Shown here: positions 1-9,820 of the stretch, piece by piece
How the letters are laid out: each line of letters begins with the position of its first letter
Numbering within the stretch: the stretch's first letter is position 1
Source: Phycisphaerae bacterium
GTDB taxonomy: Bacteria; Planctomycetota; Phycisphaerae; UBA1845; Fen-1342
Length of the DNA: 64,000 bases
Direction of reading: 5' to 3'
Assembly: GCA_963666925.2 (NCBI GenBank)
Contig: CAXXTC010000007.1
Location: forward strand, 224,001-288,000
Position numbers and translations under genes: made by a program
The notes under the pieces: model-generated
Told to the model about the DNA's origin: nothing
The model's input: only the letters and a program-made list of their open reading frames with translations
Database searches by the model: none

Positions 1-2526
1 GTTTTCGGTCAGGTAGCACTGTCCGGAGCCGTCGTAGTCGGCTGGCGGGTCGCCGCGGTTGTTGTTCACGGGCACGCCGCGTTCCCAGAAGCCCTCGGTT
101 GCGGTGGTATAGACGGTCCAGCCCTGGTCGGTCTCGAAATCGTCGGAGAAGATGTCGAGCCACTCACCGACGGTGGCGGAATACACAGACGTTGGTGCGT
201 TGCTGGGTGAGTAAACGAGACCGCTGACGGTTCCCAGGACACTGAAGTAGTACTCGGGGTTGTCACTGCAACTAGCGGCGGGGAGGGTGGCCTCGTATGA
301 GGTTCCGGTGATCTGAGTCAGCGTGCTGCTGTTCCAGGTTCCGCCGTCGTAGCGGTAGTACAGGGTAGCGCTGCCGGCAAGCACGTTCTCACCGACGGGG
401 GTAATGGTAACGTCGATGGTGGTTGGCGTTCCTGGGGTGATGTAGTCGGGCAGGCCGCTGGGGAAGCTGATGAACAGGCCGGCATTTGCGGCGCCGTCGC
501 CAACTAGGGAGAAGGGCTGCGGGCTTTCCGGGACGTTGTAGCCGTAGACCTCGATAGTCCAGGTTCCGGCGGCGGGGTTAGCCACGTAGACCTGTTCGAT
601 GTTGTTGGTGTGGTCCTCGGCGGTGCGGACGGCGGCGTTGCTCGGATTGTCCGGATCGAGCGTCCAGGGGTAGTGGCGTCCGCTGGAGGGATCGGTGACG
701 ACCAGGTCGAGGTCGTTGACGAGGGCCGGGTCGGCGTTGGGCGTGGCCGGGTAGTCGTCCCAGGCGAGCGTGACCTTGAACTCGGAGGCGCCGGAGGGGA
801 CGACGAAGGTGCGTGTATAGGTGTCACCGTTGTCGACGCTGTTTTCGAGGAACTCGCCGGCGCGCATCAGCTCGATGGCGGGCTGCACGCGTACGGAGCC
901 GTAGCCGAACTGGTAGTCCGGTCCGGTATTGCCGCAGTCGACGGCGGTATGGGCGAGCAGACATTTCAGGGTGGAGTTACGGAACATTGCCTGGCCGGCG
1001 TACTGTGTCTTGAAGTCCTGGATGATGAGAGCGGAGAGTCCGCAGACGGTGGGGCTGGCCATAGATGTGCCGCACATGATCGTGTAGGCGGAGTCTCCGG
1101 AATATGAGCAGGAAGTAACGCCGCCGTCGCCGCTGTTCTGGCAGCCGGGGCCGGCGATGTCGGGCTTGAGTCGGCCGTCGTCGACGGGTCCCCAACTGGT
1201 GAAACTGGTGATGGAGTCGTCATCGGAATTGACGGCGCCGACGGTGATGTGGTTTTTTGCGCAGGCGGGCGGCGCGGTCGTGAAGTAGGTGTCTCCGCAG
1301 CGTGAGGTCTGGCGTTCGTTGCCGTTGGCCCAGATGACGCGGAAAGGTTCGTCGAAATCGGGATCGGATCCGTCGCCGCGGACGATGGTGTCGATGACCT
1401 GTGAGGTGGCGCCGTAGTCGCCGGTGATATCGCAGTCGAATCCGTTGGTGGCGGTGTTTGTTCCGATGGAGTTGTTCGCGATTTCGGCTCCGTAGGTGTT
1501 GATGGCCTGGGCGTAGTCGGATTCGATATCGCCGGGATTGCTATAGAGGAAGACTCCGGTGTAGTCGTACTCGAAGCCGTAGGACAGGAGGGTTGCTGCG
1601 GGAGCCATTCCCTTGTAGGCGGAGTTGGCGACGCCGGCGCCGCCGACGGTTCCGCACACGTGGGTGGCGTGGTTGGCCATTCCGGAGGAGTCGTGTACGG
1701 TCAGGCGGCCTTCGAAGTCGACGTGTGTTGAGCGGGCCGTTCCACCGTCGTATACGAGGACGGTGACGCCGGTGCCGTCGAGGTAATACGGTGCATCCTG
1801 GACGACGTCGACGCCGGTGAGCGTGCGGTTGCTGTCGTTGACTTCGCTGAGGCGTGGCAGGGCGGGCTCGGCCCATTCGACATTGTCGTCGTCGGCCAGG
1901 GAAGGAATGGCATCCAGCTCGATCTCGAGAACTAGGCCGTTGATCGATTCGAGCTCGTCGCGGACGACGGCTCCGAAGGACTCGGCCAGCGCGCGTCCCT
2001 CGTTCAGGGGTACGTCGCGGTGGAACACGACGTAGGCGCCGACGATGGCGTGCTGCTCGGCGGTCATTCCGACGACGGCCCAGGTGGGCGTGCGTCCTTC
2101 GACGAGCATCGGGTGCAGTTTCCAGGTGGTCTCGATCGGTACGGCCGACACCAGGCCCGTGTTGTTGACGACGGCGGCCGGATCGAGTGCGTCGCGGTCA
2201 ACGGTGGCGAAGAAGGCGTTGTTCGAGACGTATGCGCCGAGTGTCAGGCCGGCTCTCGCGAGCTGGTCGCGCAGGTCCGGTCCCACGGTTCGATCGAACT
2301 GCACGAGGATGTGCTGCTCGGCGTCGTCGGCGCGCTGCTGCACGAGCTCATCGAGGTCAACGGCAAGGTCGATCGGGCTGCGCTGGTCCAGTTGGACGGT
2401 CTCGCTGCGGAATGGCACCTCACCCGCTACAGCGGGGTTGATGATCAGTATCGTGGACAGCGCGATCAGGAATACATCGCGCAACGTTTGCAGCCTACGG
2501 GGACTGCCACAGCCTGATAATGACAT
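1..2526 (-). CDS. Secreted S8 (subtilisin-like) serine peptidase with C-terminal beta-rich/PPC-like domains; 3' end runs off the window
   Basis: Not in the ORF track because it has no stop in the window. Hand translation from ATG 2526 (RBS AAGGAGG upstream) is open to position 1. It has a signal-like N-terminus and the catalytic triad motifs VLVYDGG, HATHVCGT and GTSMASP, plus the oxyanion motif WANGNE and SWGPVDDGRLKPDIAGPG. Confidence 0.93.
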   Translation of the reverse strand, partial: MSLSGCGSPRRLQTLRDVFLIALSTILIINPAVAGEVPFRSETVQLDQRSPIDLAVDLDELVQQRADDAEQHILVQFDRTVGPDLRDQLARAGLTLGAYVSNNAFFATVDRDALDPAAVVNNTGLVSAVPIETTWKLHPMLVEGRTPTWAVVGMTAEQHAIVGAYVVFHRDVPLNEGRALAESFGAVVRDELESINGLVLEIELDAIPSLADDDNVEWAEPALPRLSEVNDSNRTLTGVDVVQDAPYYLDGTGVTVLVYDGGTARSTHVDFEGRLTVHDSSGMANHATHVCGTVGGAGVANSAYKGMAPAATLLSYGFEYDYTGVFLYSNPGDIESDYAQAINTYGAEIANNSIGTNTATNGFDCDITGDYGATSQVIDTIVRGDGSDPDFDEPFRVIWANGNERQTSRCGDTYFTTAPPACAKNHITVGAVNSDDDSITSFTSWGPVDDGRLKPDIAGPGCQNSGDGGVTSCSYSGDSAYTIMCGTSMASPTVCGLSALIIQDFKTQYAGQAMFRNSTLKCLLAHTAVDCGNTGPDYQFGYGSVRVQPAIELMRAGEFLENSVDNGDTYTRTFVVPSGASEFKVTLAWDDYPATPNADPALVNDLDLVVTDPSSGRHYPWTLDPDNPSNAAVRTAEDHTNNIEQVYVANPAAGTWTIEVYGYNVPESPQPFSLVGDGAANAGLFISFPSGLPDYITPGTPTTIDVTITPVGENVLAGSATLYYRYDGGTWNSSTLTQITGTSYEATLPAASCSDNPEYYFSVLGTVSGLVYSPSNAPTSVYSATVGEWLDIFSDDFETDQGWTVYTTATEGFWERGVPVNNNRGDPPADYDGSGQCYLTEN

Positions 2527-3070
2527 TACTCTTGGCCTCCTTAAGTGCCGCTTGACGGCGGCGAACACGGGCTTCCCAGACCTCCGCGACAGGGCCGAAC
2601 GTGGCGTCTGCCGGCGGCGGATGCGTTGTCTGATCTCGGAGCGGGAGGATTGCCCGATTGGCGGGCACCGATGAGGTGCGCTAAGACAACTACGTCGAAG
2701 GATGGGCCGGGGGCCAATCCACAGCAGCAGCAGCCTTAACGCGCGAGTTAAACTCTATCCCATCCCGCTCAGCGCGAATCTGGCACACTTGGTGCCGGGT
2801 TATCTGCCCGGGCATACCCAGGATTAGCCCAGCTACCAATCTACCATTTCGGCATTCTAGAGTGATATTACCGCGCCAGTGATGCGGGACCAACCGAAAT
2901 CGACTCTTCAGGTCCGATATAAATCTGGTTCAGGGGTGAGTGCGATGATCCCGCTGAAAGAAAGTTCGGGGCGTGCCCGTTGGTTGAGACGTGAGTTGCG
3001 CGGCGACGCGTTGATTTGGGTTATCGGTCGTCGACTCGCGGGGCGCCGAAGGTGTGCGTAACAGGCCCAA

Positions 3071-3102
3071 CAGCGCCCGCGGCGCGTCGGCCGCGGGCGC
3101 TG
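3071..3102 (-). terminator. GC-rich hairpin downstream of the Kazal gene (possible terminator)
   Basis: Perfect 13-bp inverted repeat CAGCGCCCGCGGC-GCGTCG-GCCGCGGGCGCTG; weak U-tract. Confidence 0.5.
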
Positions 3103-3150
3103 GCGCCACGCTGCTTCAATCCGATTCGCTTCGACAAGGCCGAGCTTGCT

Positions 3151-4716
3151 CTAGGCGTCGATCAGCAAATCAACGAAGCCGTTGATATCGTCGAAGTTCA
3201 CGGTTTCGTCGTCATTGGTGTCGCCGTTGAGCCAGGGGCAGAATTCGTACGTCGATTCGTAGGCGTCCTGGTCGACCATGGCCAGGATGAAGGGGTCGAC
3301 GTCATCGAAGTTGACTGTCCCGTCGCAGTTCAGGTCGCCGGTATGACGACAGATGCCCGAGTAGTCGACGCTGACGCCGGCGGCGGCAGCAAAACAGGCG
3401 TTGGAGTAGGTTTGCCCGTCGCAGCCGCAAACCGGGTCGAAAACCTGCGGGCAGTCGAACGCTCGCGGTGTGCAGGTGCCCATCTCGTCATCGCAGCTAT
3501 CGAAGTGGCAATACGAGTCTGGGCCGCAATCATCATTCGACCAGCAGTAGGACCCGAAGCACGGTCCGTATATCAGGATGTTCTGGCCGGCCCTAGCGGC
3601 GTGGCAGGCGTTCGAGTACGTCACGCCATCGCATCCACACACCGGATCCCAGTCCATCGTGCAGATCTCCGGCCGCAGCGCGCAGGTGCCCTCTTCGTCG
3701 TCGCAGTTTTCCTTGTAGCAATAGAAGTCTGGGCCGCAGTCGTCGTTGTCCCAGCACGGGAAGCCCGCGCAGGGGCCTTCGTAGTCGATATTCACTCCGG
3801 CTTGGGCGGCGTAGCACTCGTTTGAGTAGGTGTTTCCGTCGCAGTCGCAGACGGGATCCCACACGTTGTAGCAGTGAGTCGGGCGCTCAGTGCACACGCC
3901 CACGGGTGCGTCGCAGTTTTCTTTGAAGCAGTAGTAGCCAAACTGACAGTCTTCATTCGACCAGCACAACGTTCCTTCGCACGGGCCCTGGAAATCGATG
4001 CTGACGCCGGCGGCGGCCGCGATGCAGCCGTTGCTGTACGTGACACCATCACACCCGCAGACCGGTGCCCAGATGTCGAAGCAGGCCATCGGGCGCGGCA
4101 CGCAGATGCCCGTCTCGGCGGCGCACGAGTCGAAGAAGCAGTAATGATCTTCCGGGCAGGCGTCGTTCGACCAGCAGGTTGTGGTCAGGTAGGGCCCGTG
4201 CAGTGGCCCCGTCCCGATGCCCACCGGATCCTGCCACGATTCGGTGAAGTAGTAGTCCTCCGGCGGGTCGTTCGGTCGGCGGCAGTGGAGCCGCCAGCCG
4301 ACGTCCTCGGCGCCCGCGGGATGCCAGAAACGGAATACGAAGTGTTCGATGGCGTACGTGGGGTCGTCGGTGTACCAGCGTACGCGGGCTTCCGTGAGGC
4401 TGTCACAGACCGCGGTTGAGACCTCGCCGTGGGGCGTAAAGATGCCACAGCCGTGGCTGAAGCCTTCGTTCGGCACGATCGTCACCTGCCAACCGTCCGG
4501 AACGCTGAAGTCGTAGTAGCGTTCGATGTAGATGTCGTTGGTGCCGACGCTGAACTCCATCATGGGGTAGCTGGCGGCATCGACCTCGTATTGATAACGG
4601 GTCATGCCATTGGTGGCGTCGCGTGCACACTGGCAGAACACCAGTGGTGCATCCGCCAGCGCGGTCGACGCGGAGAGGAAAACGATCGCCAGACACAGGG
4701 TGACACGGGTGCGCAC
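3151..4716 (-). CDS. Secreted protein with four tandem Kazal-type protease-inhibitor modules and a C-terminal dockerin-like domain
   Basis: GTG start 4716 after AAAGGAGG. Signal peptide (..SASTALA|DA). Four repeats of CWxNxxC...RxxxCxxxxxPVCxCDGxTYSNxCxAxxAG, ending in GDLNCDGTVNFDDVDPF...GDTNDDETVNFDDINGFV. Confidence 0.88.
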   Translation of the reverse strand: MRTRVTLCLAIVFLSASTALADAPLVFCQCARDATNGMTRYQYEVDAASYPMMEFSVGTNDIYIERYYDFSVPDGWQVTIVPNEGFSHGCGIFTPHGEVSTAVCDSLTEARVRWYTDDPTYAIEHFVFRFWHPAGAEDVGWRLHCRRPNDPPEDYYFTESWQDPVGIGTGPLHGPYLTTTCWSNDACPEDHYCFFDSCAAETGICVPRPMACFDIWAPVCGCDGVTYSNGCIAAAAGVSIDFQGPCEGTLCWSNEDCQFGYYCFKENCDAPVGVCTERPTHCYNVWDPVCDCDGNTYSNECYAAQAGVNIDYEGPCAGFPCWDNDDCGPDFYCYKENCDDEEGTCALRPEICTMDWDPVCGCDGVTYSNACHAARAGQNILIYGPCFGSYCWSNDDCGPDSYCHFDSCDDEMGTCTPRAFDCPQVFDPVCGCDGQTYSNACFAAAAGVSVDYSGICRHTGDLNCDGTVNFDDVDPFILAMVDQDAYESTYEFCPWLNGDTNDDETVNFDDINGFVDLLIDA

Positions 4717-5035
4717 GGCTCGCCTCCTTTCGCAAGGGCGTATTCCTGGCGGCGGGCCGGACACCGCCGTGCGAGACGCAACGTGAGGATCGGCGGCAAT
4801 GGGTTAGCACGGCAACGGCCGGGCCCCCAAAATCGGCCCACCACGCTTACCCGGCAAACAATTTAGCCGGCCCCAGGTGCGAATGGGGAAAAGAAGTGTC
4901 GGAATATGTCGAATAGGTGGTTGTAAGCGGGACGGCAATGGGGTGAGCAAAGCTGGGAGTGAGAGTTGGACGCGAGTTGCGTGGCGAGTGAAGGTGGTGA
5001 CCAGTTCGGGCGGGCCCGGCCACGATATGAAACCA

Positions 5036-5109
5036 CGCGCCCGGCAGGATTCGAACCTGCGACCACCGGATTAGAAGTCCGGTGCTCTATCCAGCTGAGC
5101 TACGGGCGC
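5036..5109 (-). tRNA. tRNA-Arg (anticodon UCU); CCA not encoded
   Basis: Reverse complement GCGCCCGTAGCTCAGCTGGATAGAGCACCGGACTTCTAATCCGGTGGTCGCAGGTTCGAATCCTGCCGGGCGCG: canonical cloverleaf, T-loop GTTCGAATC, anticodon loop CT-TCT-AA. Confidence 0.97.
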
Positions 5110-5307
5110 TCATTCGGCCCGGGCCGTTCCGCGATGACCTCATGCGGGCCAATCGCCGGCGGAATCGGGCCGGTATGCCGAACGGGCGCAATTGTACGGT
5201 CCCGCGACCGGCCGGCAACATCGTCGCCCGACGGTGACGCTTGATGCCGGGCGTTTTGGCGGGCAAACTGTGCATGCGCGTCGTGTGAACGGCGCCTGAG
5301 TGAGGCC

Positions 5308-7257
5308 GTGAGCGAGCAGCGCATGCCGCTGAAGATCCGTTGCCCCCATTGCCACCGCACGCTGGTAGCCGCGGACGACACCGCGGGCCAGCCACGGTCG
5401 TGCCCGGCCTGCAAGGGTGTTTTCAACGTTCCGCTGCCGACGGTCGCGGTGAGCCGCCCGGTCCGTCCGGCCGACGGCCGACCGACGTGCCCGCGGTGTA
5501 AGGCCGAGGTGGCTCCGACCGCCACCTATTGCCGCCGTTGCCATACGGATCTCGCCACGGGCCGGCGGCTGCCGTGGAAGCGGCGGTTGCGGCTGCTGTC
5601 GGGGCGGTTTTGGATCACGGTCGGTGTGTCGGCGGCGCTGCTGATCATCGTTGCTTACGCCGGCGTGCAGATCTACCGCATTCGGGCGCGGCCGGCGCCG
5701 GCGCCGTTTCGGCCGATTCCGCGGCCGCAAATCGTGGCGGACGAATTGGTCGAGGCCCTTTTCGATGCCCGCGACGGGACCGCCCGTTCGGTCGCCGCTG
5801 CCCGTTTGCGGCGCAACCCGACCGAGACGTTTGGGGCATTGACAGAAGCCTTCGCGGCGACGCTGAGCACCGCTGCAGCCGACCCGCAGGCCCGATATAA
5901 CCAGCTTATTGCGATCAACCTGCTGGGCGAGTGTCCCGACGTGCCGCCCGCGGAGCGTGATCGGGCGATCGAGGTTCTCGCGACTGCCCGTACTCGTGCG
6001 GGTCTGCGCATCGCGGCCCTTCGCGCCGGTGCGCTGTTGGGCGATGCGCAGGTGACCGACGAAATCATCAACACCTGGCTAGATCAGGCGGGCCGACTGG
6101 CTCTTCTGGAACGCCTCGGTGCTGTGGCCGGCGTCAAGGACGATCCCGCCCTGCGGCTCGCGAGCCGAACCGCACGCCAGAATCTGGCTGATCTGGGCGA
6201 CGGATTGCGGCGATTGGCGGACGAGCCGGCCAACGCGATCTACGAGAGGCTCTGTGGCCGGTGGTGGGATAGCTGGTCCTGGATCGGTCAGGATGATGGG
6301 CGGTTTCTGGCTGATGAGCTGTTTGACCTGGCCCGTCCGGGCGAGGGGACGCTCGAGTTTGATCCGAACGATGTCCGCCGGCCGCGTGACACAATGAAGC
6401 GTGTGGCCGAGACGGGCCCGCCCGCGGCCCGTGCCGCCGCCGGCTTGGTGCTCGCCCAGCGTGGTCCGCAATATCGCAGCCTCTGCGGGCGGATCGCTGA
6501 CACGCTGGGGAAGTTTTTGCCAGATGTTTCGCCGGTGGATCAGCAGCGGCTGACCTGGGCCATCGGTCGGCTGGTGGGGCAGGTTTTCGGACCAGCGCCG
6601 CGGCAGCATCCGCTGGACGTTACGCGTGATGATATTGCCGGCGCGTTGCATTGGGCCGGCGCCGATGCACAAATCGCTCGCACCGCGGACTATCCACGGC
6701 CGCCGCAGGTAACGATTCGCGGCCTGACTCCCCAGCGGCTGCTCGAGCGTGACCTGGTGCCGGAATTGCGTGCCGGGTGGGACCAGGCCGAGGCTGCCCG
6801 CGACCGCTGGTTGACTGCTGACCTGGGCTGCACGCCGGCGCTGCGGGCGTTGGTCGACCCTGGCCAGCGGCAGCCCAGCTATCCGGCCCTGGCCAATGCG
6901 ATGATCATCATCTCCTGGTACAACGAACAATCGTTTCGGCCCGAGTTGGAACTCTGGCGCGAGGCGTCCGAGCAGCCGGCCTGGGTGCGGGCTTTAGCCT
7001 ATACCACGCTTGCCAGTCTGGACGCCCAGCGAGGCCGGTGGACTACCGACTGGCCGGCCGGCATTGATGTTGCCGGGTTGCAGCAGCTCGAGCGTGGCAA
7101 GCCCGGTTGGGAGGAGTTTGCACAGGTTCTGGCCGCGGGCGGAGAACTCGCCTGGCAGCGTTTGGCCGCGGCCGACTCGGCTACGTGTCCGACGGTGATT
7201 CGCGACCGTTTGCTCGAAACCGCCCGCCGGATTGTCGATGAGAATGACACGCCGTAG
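5308..7257 (+). CDS. Membrane-anchored hypothetical protein with N-terminal double zinc-ribbon (CPHC/CPAC, CPRC/CRRC), one TM helix and a helical (HEAT-like) C-terminal region
   Basis: 649-aa ORF (alternative ATG 5323); four CxxC motifs, then the hydrophobic segment FWITVGVSAALLIIVAYAGV. Confidence 0.8.
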   Translation: MSEQRMPLKIRCPHCHRTLVAADDTAGQPRSCPACKGVFNVPLPTVAVSRPVRPADGRPTCPRCKAEVAPTATYCRRCHTDLATGRRLPWKRRLRLLSGRFWITVGVSAALLIIVAYAGVQIYRIRARPAPAPFRPIPRPQIVADELVEALFDARDGTARSVAAARLRRNPTETFGALTEAFAATLSTAAADPQARYNQLIAINLLGECPDVPPAERDRAIEVLATARTRAGLRIAALRAGALLGDAQVTDEIINTWLDQAGRLALLERLGAVAGVKDDPALRLASRTARQNLADLGDGLRRLADEPANAIYERLCGRWWDSWSWIGQDDGRFLADELFDLARPGEGTLEFDPNDVRRPRDTMKRVAETGPPAARAAAGLVLAQRGPQYRSLCGRIADTLGKFLPDVSPVDQQRLTWAIGRLVGQVFGPAPRQHPLDVTRDDIAGALHWAGADAQIARTADYPRPPQVTIRGLTPQRLLERDLVPELRAGWDQAEAARDRWLTADLGCTPALRALVDPGQRQPSYPALANAMIIISWYNEQSFRPELELWREASEQPAWVRALAYTTLASLDAQRGRWTTDWPAGIDVAGLQQLERGKPGWEEFAQVLAAGGELAWQRLAAADSATCPTVIRDRLLETARRIVDENDTP

Positions 7258-7308
7258 GTTGCCGCCTACAGTTATGAGTATCGTTATCCCGCATCAGAGC
7301 TTCGCAGT

Positions 7309-8514
7309 ATGTTGATTCCGATTGGCACCGACGTTCGCACGCACCGACCACCGCTGGGCAACTGGCTGCTGATCGGCCTGAACGTGCTGGTGTTTGCGTA
7401 TACCGACTGGCTCGGCGGGGCTGCCGGACAGCAGGTCAAGGCGGTTTTCGCGCTCGATGCCGTCCGTCCGGCCCTGCACCAGTACATCACGTACCAGTTT
7501 CTTCACGGCGACCTGCTTCATATCGCCGGCAACATGCTGTTCTTGTGGATCTTCGGCAACGCCGTCTGCGACCGCATGGGGTCCGTGAGCTACGTTCTGT
7601 TCTACCTGGCCGGGGGTGTGTTTGCCGGCTATGCCTTTACGCTGACCGGGGACAGCCCGATCGTGGGTGCGTCCGGCGCTATCGCGGCCGTCACGACCGC
7701 GTTCCTGACGCTCTATCCGCGCGTGCACATCACGCTGCTGATCTGGGCGTTATTTATCTTCACCATTCAGGTCCCGGCCATGATCCTGATCATCTTCAAG
7801 ATCATTCTCTGGGATAACATGCTGGCCCCCTGGCTCGATCATTCGCTCGAATCCAACGTGGCCCACTCCGCCCACCTCGGCGGCTACATCTTCGGCTTCA
7901 CAATTGCGATCGGTTTGCTGGCGGTTCGCGTTTTGCCGCGTACGCAGTTCGATCTGCTGGCGTTGTGGGGGCGTTGGCGCCGTCGGGCGGGGCTCGAAGT
8001 CGGCACCGCCCGCACATCGACCCGGATGGTTGGTGCCCGGCCTGTGCGCGTCGAGGAAGTTGGCTCCCGCCCGTTGCAAAGCCCGGCGCTCAGCCCGGTT
8101 GAGCAGTTGCGGGCGGACATCATGGACCATCTTGAGCGGCGTGATGCCGGGTTGGCCGTCGAGTTTTATCGCAAGCTGCTCAAGCTTGATTCGCAGCAGG
8201 TGTTGTCGCGTACGCATCAGCTTGAGATTGCCAATTTGTTGGCGCGCATGCAGCATTACCAGGAAGCGGTTGATGCTTACGAGGCGTTTCTCGGTGCTTA
8301 TCCGGGTGCCGTGGACGTTCCGGAAGTTCGGCTTTTCATGGGGCTGTTGTACAACCGGTATCTGAACAAGCCGGAACGGGCCGCGTTGCAGCTTCGGCGG
8401 GCGGTAGCCGGCTTGAAGGCGGAAGATCAGCGTCGCCTGGCCGAGCAGGAGCTGAACGAAGCCATGCAGCGGTTGCTGGACCAGGGTCAGCCGCCGGGGG
8501 ATGGGGCGAGCTGA
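7309..8514 (+). CDS. Rhomboid family intramembrane serine protease with C-terminal TPR-like domain
   Basis: Motifs FLHGDLLHIAGNMLFLWIFG, GASGA and AHSAHLGG; TPR-like C-terminus (YQEAVDAYEAFL...YP). Confidence 0.92.
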   Translation: MLIPIGTDVRTHRPPLGNWLLIGLNVLVFAYTDWLGGAAGQQVKAVFALDAVRPALHQYITYQFLHGDLLHIAGNMLFLWIFGNAVCDRMGSVSYVLFYLAGGVFAGYAFTLTGDSPIVGASGAIAAVTTAFLTLYPRVHITLLIWALFIFTIQVPAMILIIFKIILWDNMLAPWLDHSLESNVAHSAHLGGYIFGFTIAIGLLAVRVLPRTQFDLLALWGRWRRRAGLEVGTARTSTRMVGARPVRVEEVGSRPLQSPALSPVEQLRADIMDHLERRDAGLAVEFYRKLLKLDSQQVLSRTHQLEIANLLARMQHYQEAVDAYEAFLGAYPGAVDVPEVRLFMGLLYNRYLNKPERAALQLRRAVAGLKAEDQRRLAEQELNEAMQRLLDQGQPPGDGAS

Positions 8515-8571
8515 CCGGTCGTTTCACGCAGTTCTTGGGCGACATTGCCGTAACGCCGCTACCGACGAACC

Positions 8572-9390
8572 CTACGCCTCCGGTAGCCCAATCCTCTTGC
8601 GTAACTCGTTGACGCGTGCCACGGTCTCCGGCTTACACTTGCGTATCCAATACCAACGGTCCGGATGGCGTTCCGGCATGTTCACCCAATCGTTGTCTTT
8701 CAGTACTGCATCCAGGACACGGTCCAGCGGATTCGGTACTCGTTGCCCGTTGCTGACCGCAGGTATGAAGTCGCCCGACAGCGTGAGACGGGATCCTCCG
8801 AGAGTAATCGCGCCAAATAGCAATTGTGTGGCATCGTATAGCTTGCGCAATTCCGCAAGGGTTATCTCCGGCATGACATCCTTGGGGAGCGCAGTTTGAG
8901 GGTCTATGAGAACGTGAGCAATCACGCTGTTGCGGATTTGCTTCACATGCTCAGCCAACTCTTTGAGATGTGCGTCGAAGCGTCTTTCCTTCAGTTCGCG
9001 CGTCAGCATGTCGCGTGCTTCTTCGTCCTGCCACTTGAAGCCCCCCTTGGTCTTGAGCAAGTTCCCCAAGCGTCTGATCGTCAGCGAATCTGTGCCGCTG
9101 TCGCTTAGCAAAGCGTTTAGCATGACGATAGCCATGCCGCCGAAGTTCATCCTGACGAGGTCCCAGAACTCTTCCGTCCCATGCAACCCGCCATTCGCAA
9201 CCTTCTGAAGAGTCTCGAGTGCGACGATGGATTCGTGCACGTGGATCAATCGATACCACAGGTTATCGTGCATCGCCTTATAACGTTTTGCATCGTCTGG
9301 AAGAAGAAGCTCTTCGACGTCCTTGTTCGCCAGGTGCGGATGACTGTACGCCTGCCATTTGCTGAGATCCTTGTACAAGTCTTCAGTCAT
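8572..9390 (-). CDS. Hypothetical protein with HEPN-like RNxxxAH motif (AbiU2-like candidate)
   Basis: 272-aa helical ORF with noticeably lower GC than its neighbours; contains KQIRNSVIAH (R-x5-H). Confidence 0.65.
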   Translation of the reverse strand: MTEDLYKDLSKWQAYSHPHLANKDVEELLLPDDAKRYKAMHDNLWYRLIHVHESIVALETLQKVANGGLHGTEEFWDLVRMNFGGMAIVMLNALLSDSGTDSLTIRRLGNLLKTKGGFKWQDEEARDMLTRELKERRFDAHLKELAEHVKQIRNSVIAHVLIDPQTALPKDVMPEITLAELRKLYDATQLLFGAITLGGSRLTLSGDFIPAVSNGQRVPNPLDRVLDAVLKDNDWVNMPERHPDRWYWIRKCKPETVARVNELRKRIGLPEA

Positions 9391-9608
9391 CTGTATTTCC
9401 CCAGGGATAGGCCATCAAGGAATCCGACAATCTTTCTTCTCTCTCGCCGCGGCTGCTGTGAGCGCACGGAACCAGCGACTCTACAGTTTGAGTATAGTCC
9501 GGTTGTGAGTTCGAAGAAACGAATGTGGCCGCACCACGTCACGTGAGCATGGGGGCCTTATCCCGTTGCGCAGCACGGGGAGGCGGGCGTTCATTGACAT
9601 GTTGGCAA

Positions 9609-9786
9609 GTCGGCCGAGACGGCCGACCCACTTCACGTTCGCGGGGGGCGGATTTTGTCCGTGGGGGATGCTGAGTTGCGGGTAGTTCAACGGCCGCGCG
9701 TGGTAGCGCCTGATCGCTGAGACCCGGAAGACCACTGCTCAAGAGCAGTGGCGCCCGGCTGACCACAGGCTATTAGCCTGTGCCAC
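9609..9786. repeat. Cluster of REP-like palindromes
   Basis: GTCGGCCG-AGA-CGGCCGAC-CCAC (9609-9631), CCACTGCTC-AA-GAGCAGTGG (9732-9751), CACAGGC-TATTA-GCCTGTG-CCAC (9764-9786; identical copy at 26231). Confidence 0.75.
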
Positions 9787-9820
9787 ACAGGTATGAGACG
9801 CTACGTTGTGCCCGCCGCCT

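Noticed and set aside
2781..2797. Sigma-54 promoter-like GGCAC-N5-GTGC palindrome upstream of the S8 gene
   Set aside because: The -12 element deviates from TTGC and the match may simply reflect the palindrome; not supportable.
4770..5040. Genomic island integrated at tRNA-Arg(UCU)
   Set aside because: No integrase or duplicated tRNA 3' end seen in the window, and the downstream genes carry the host-typical dockerin-like tag.
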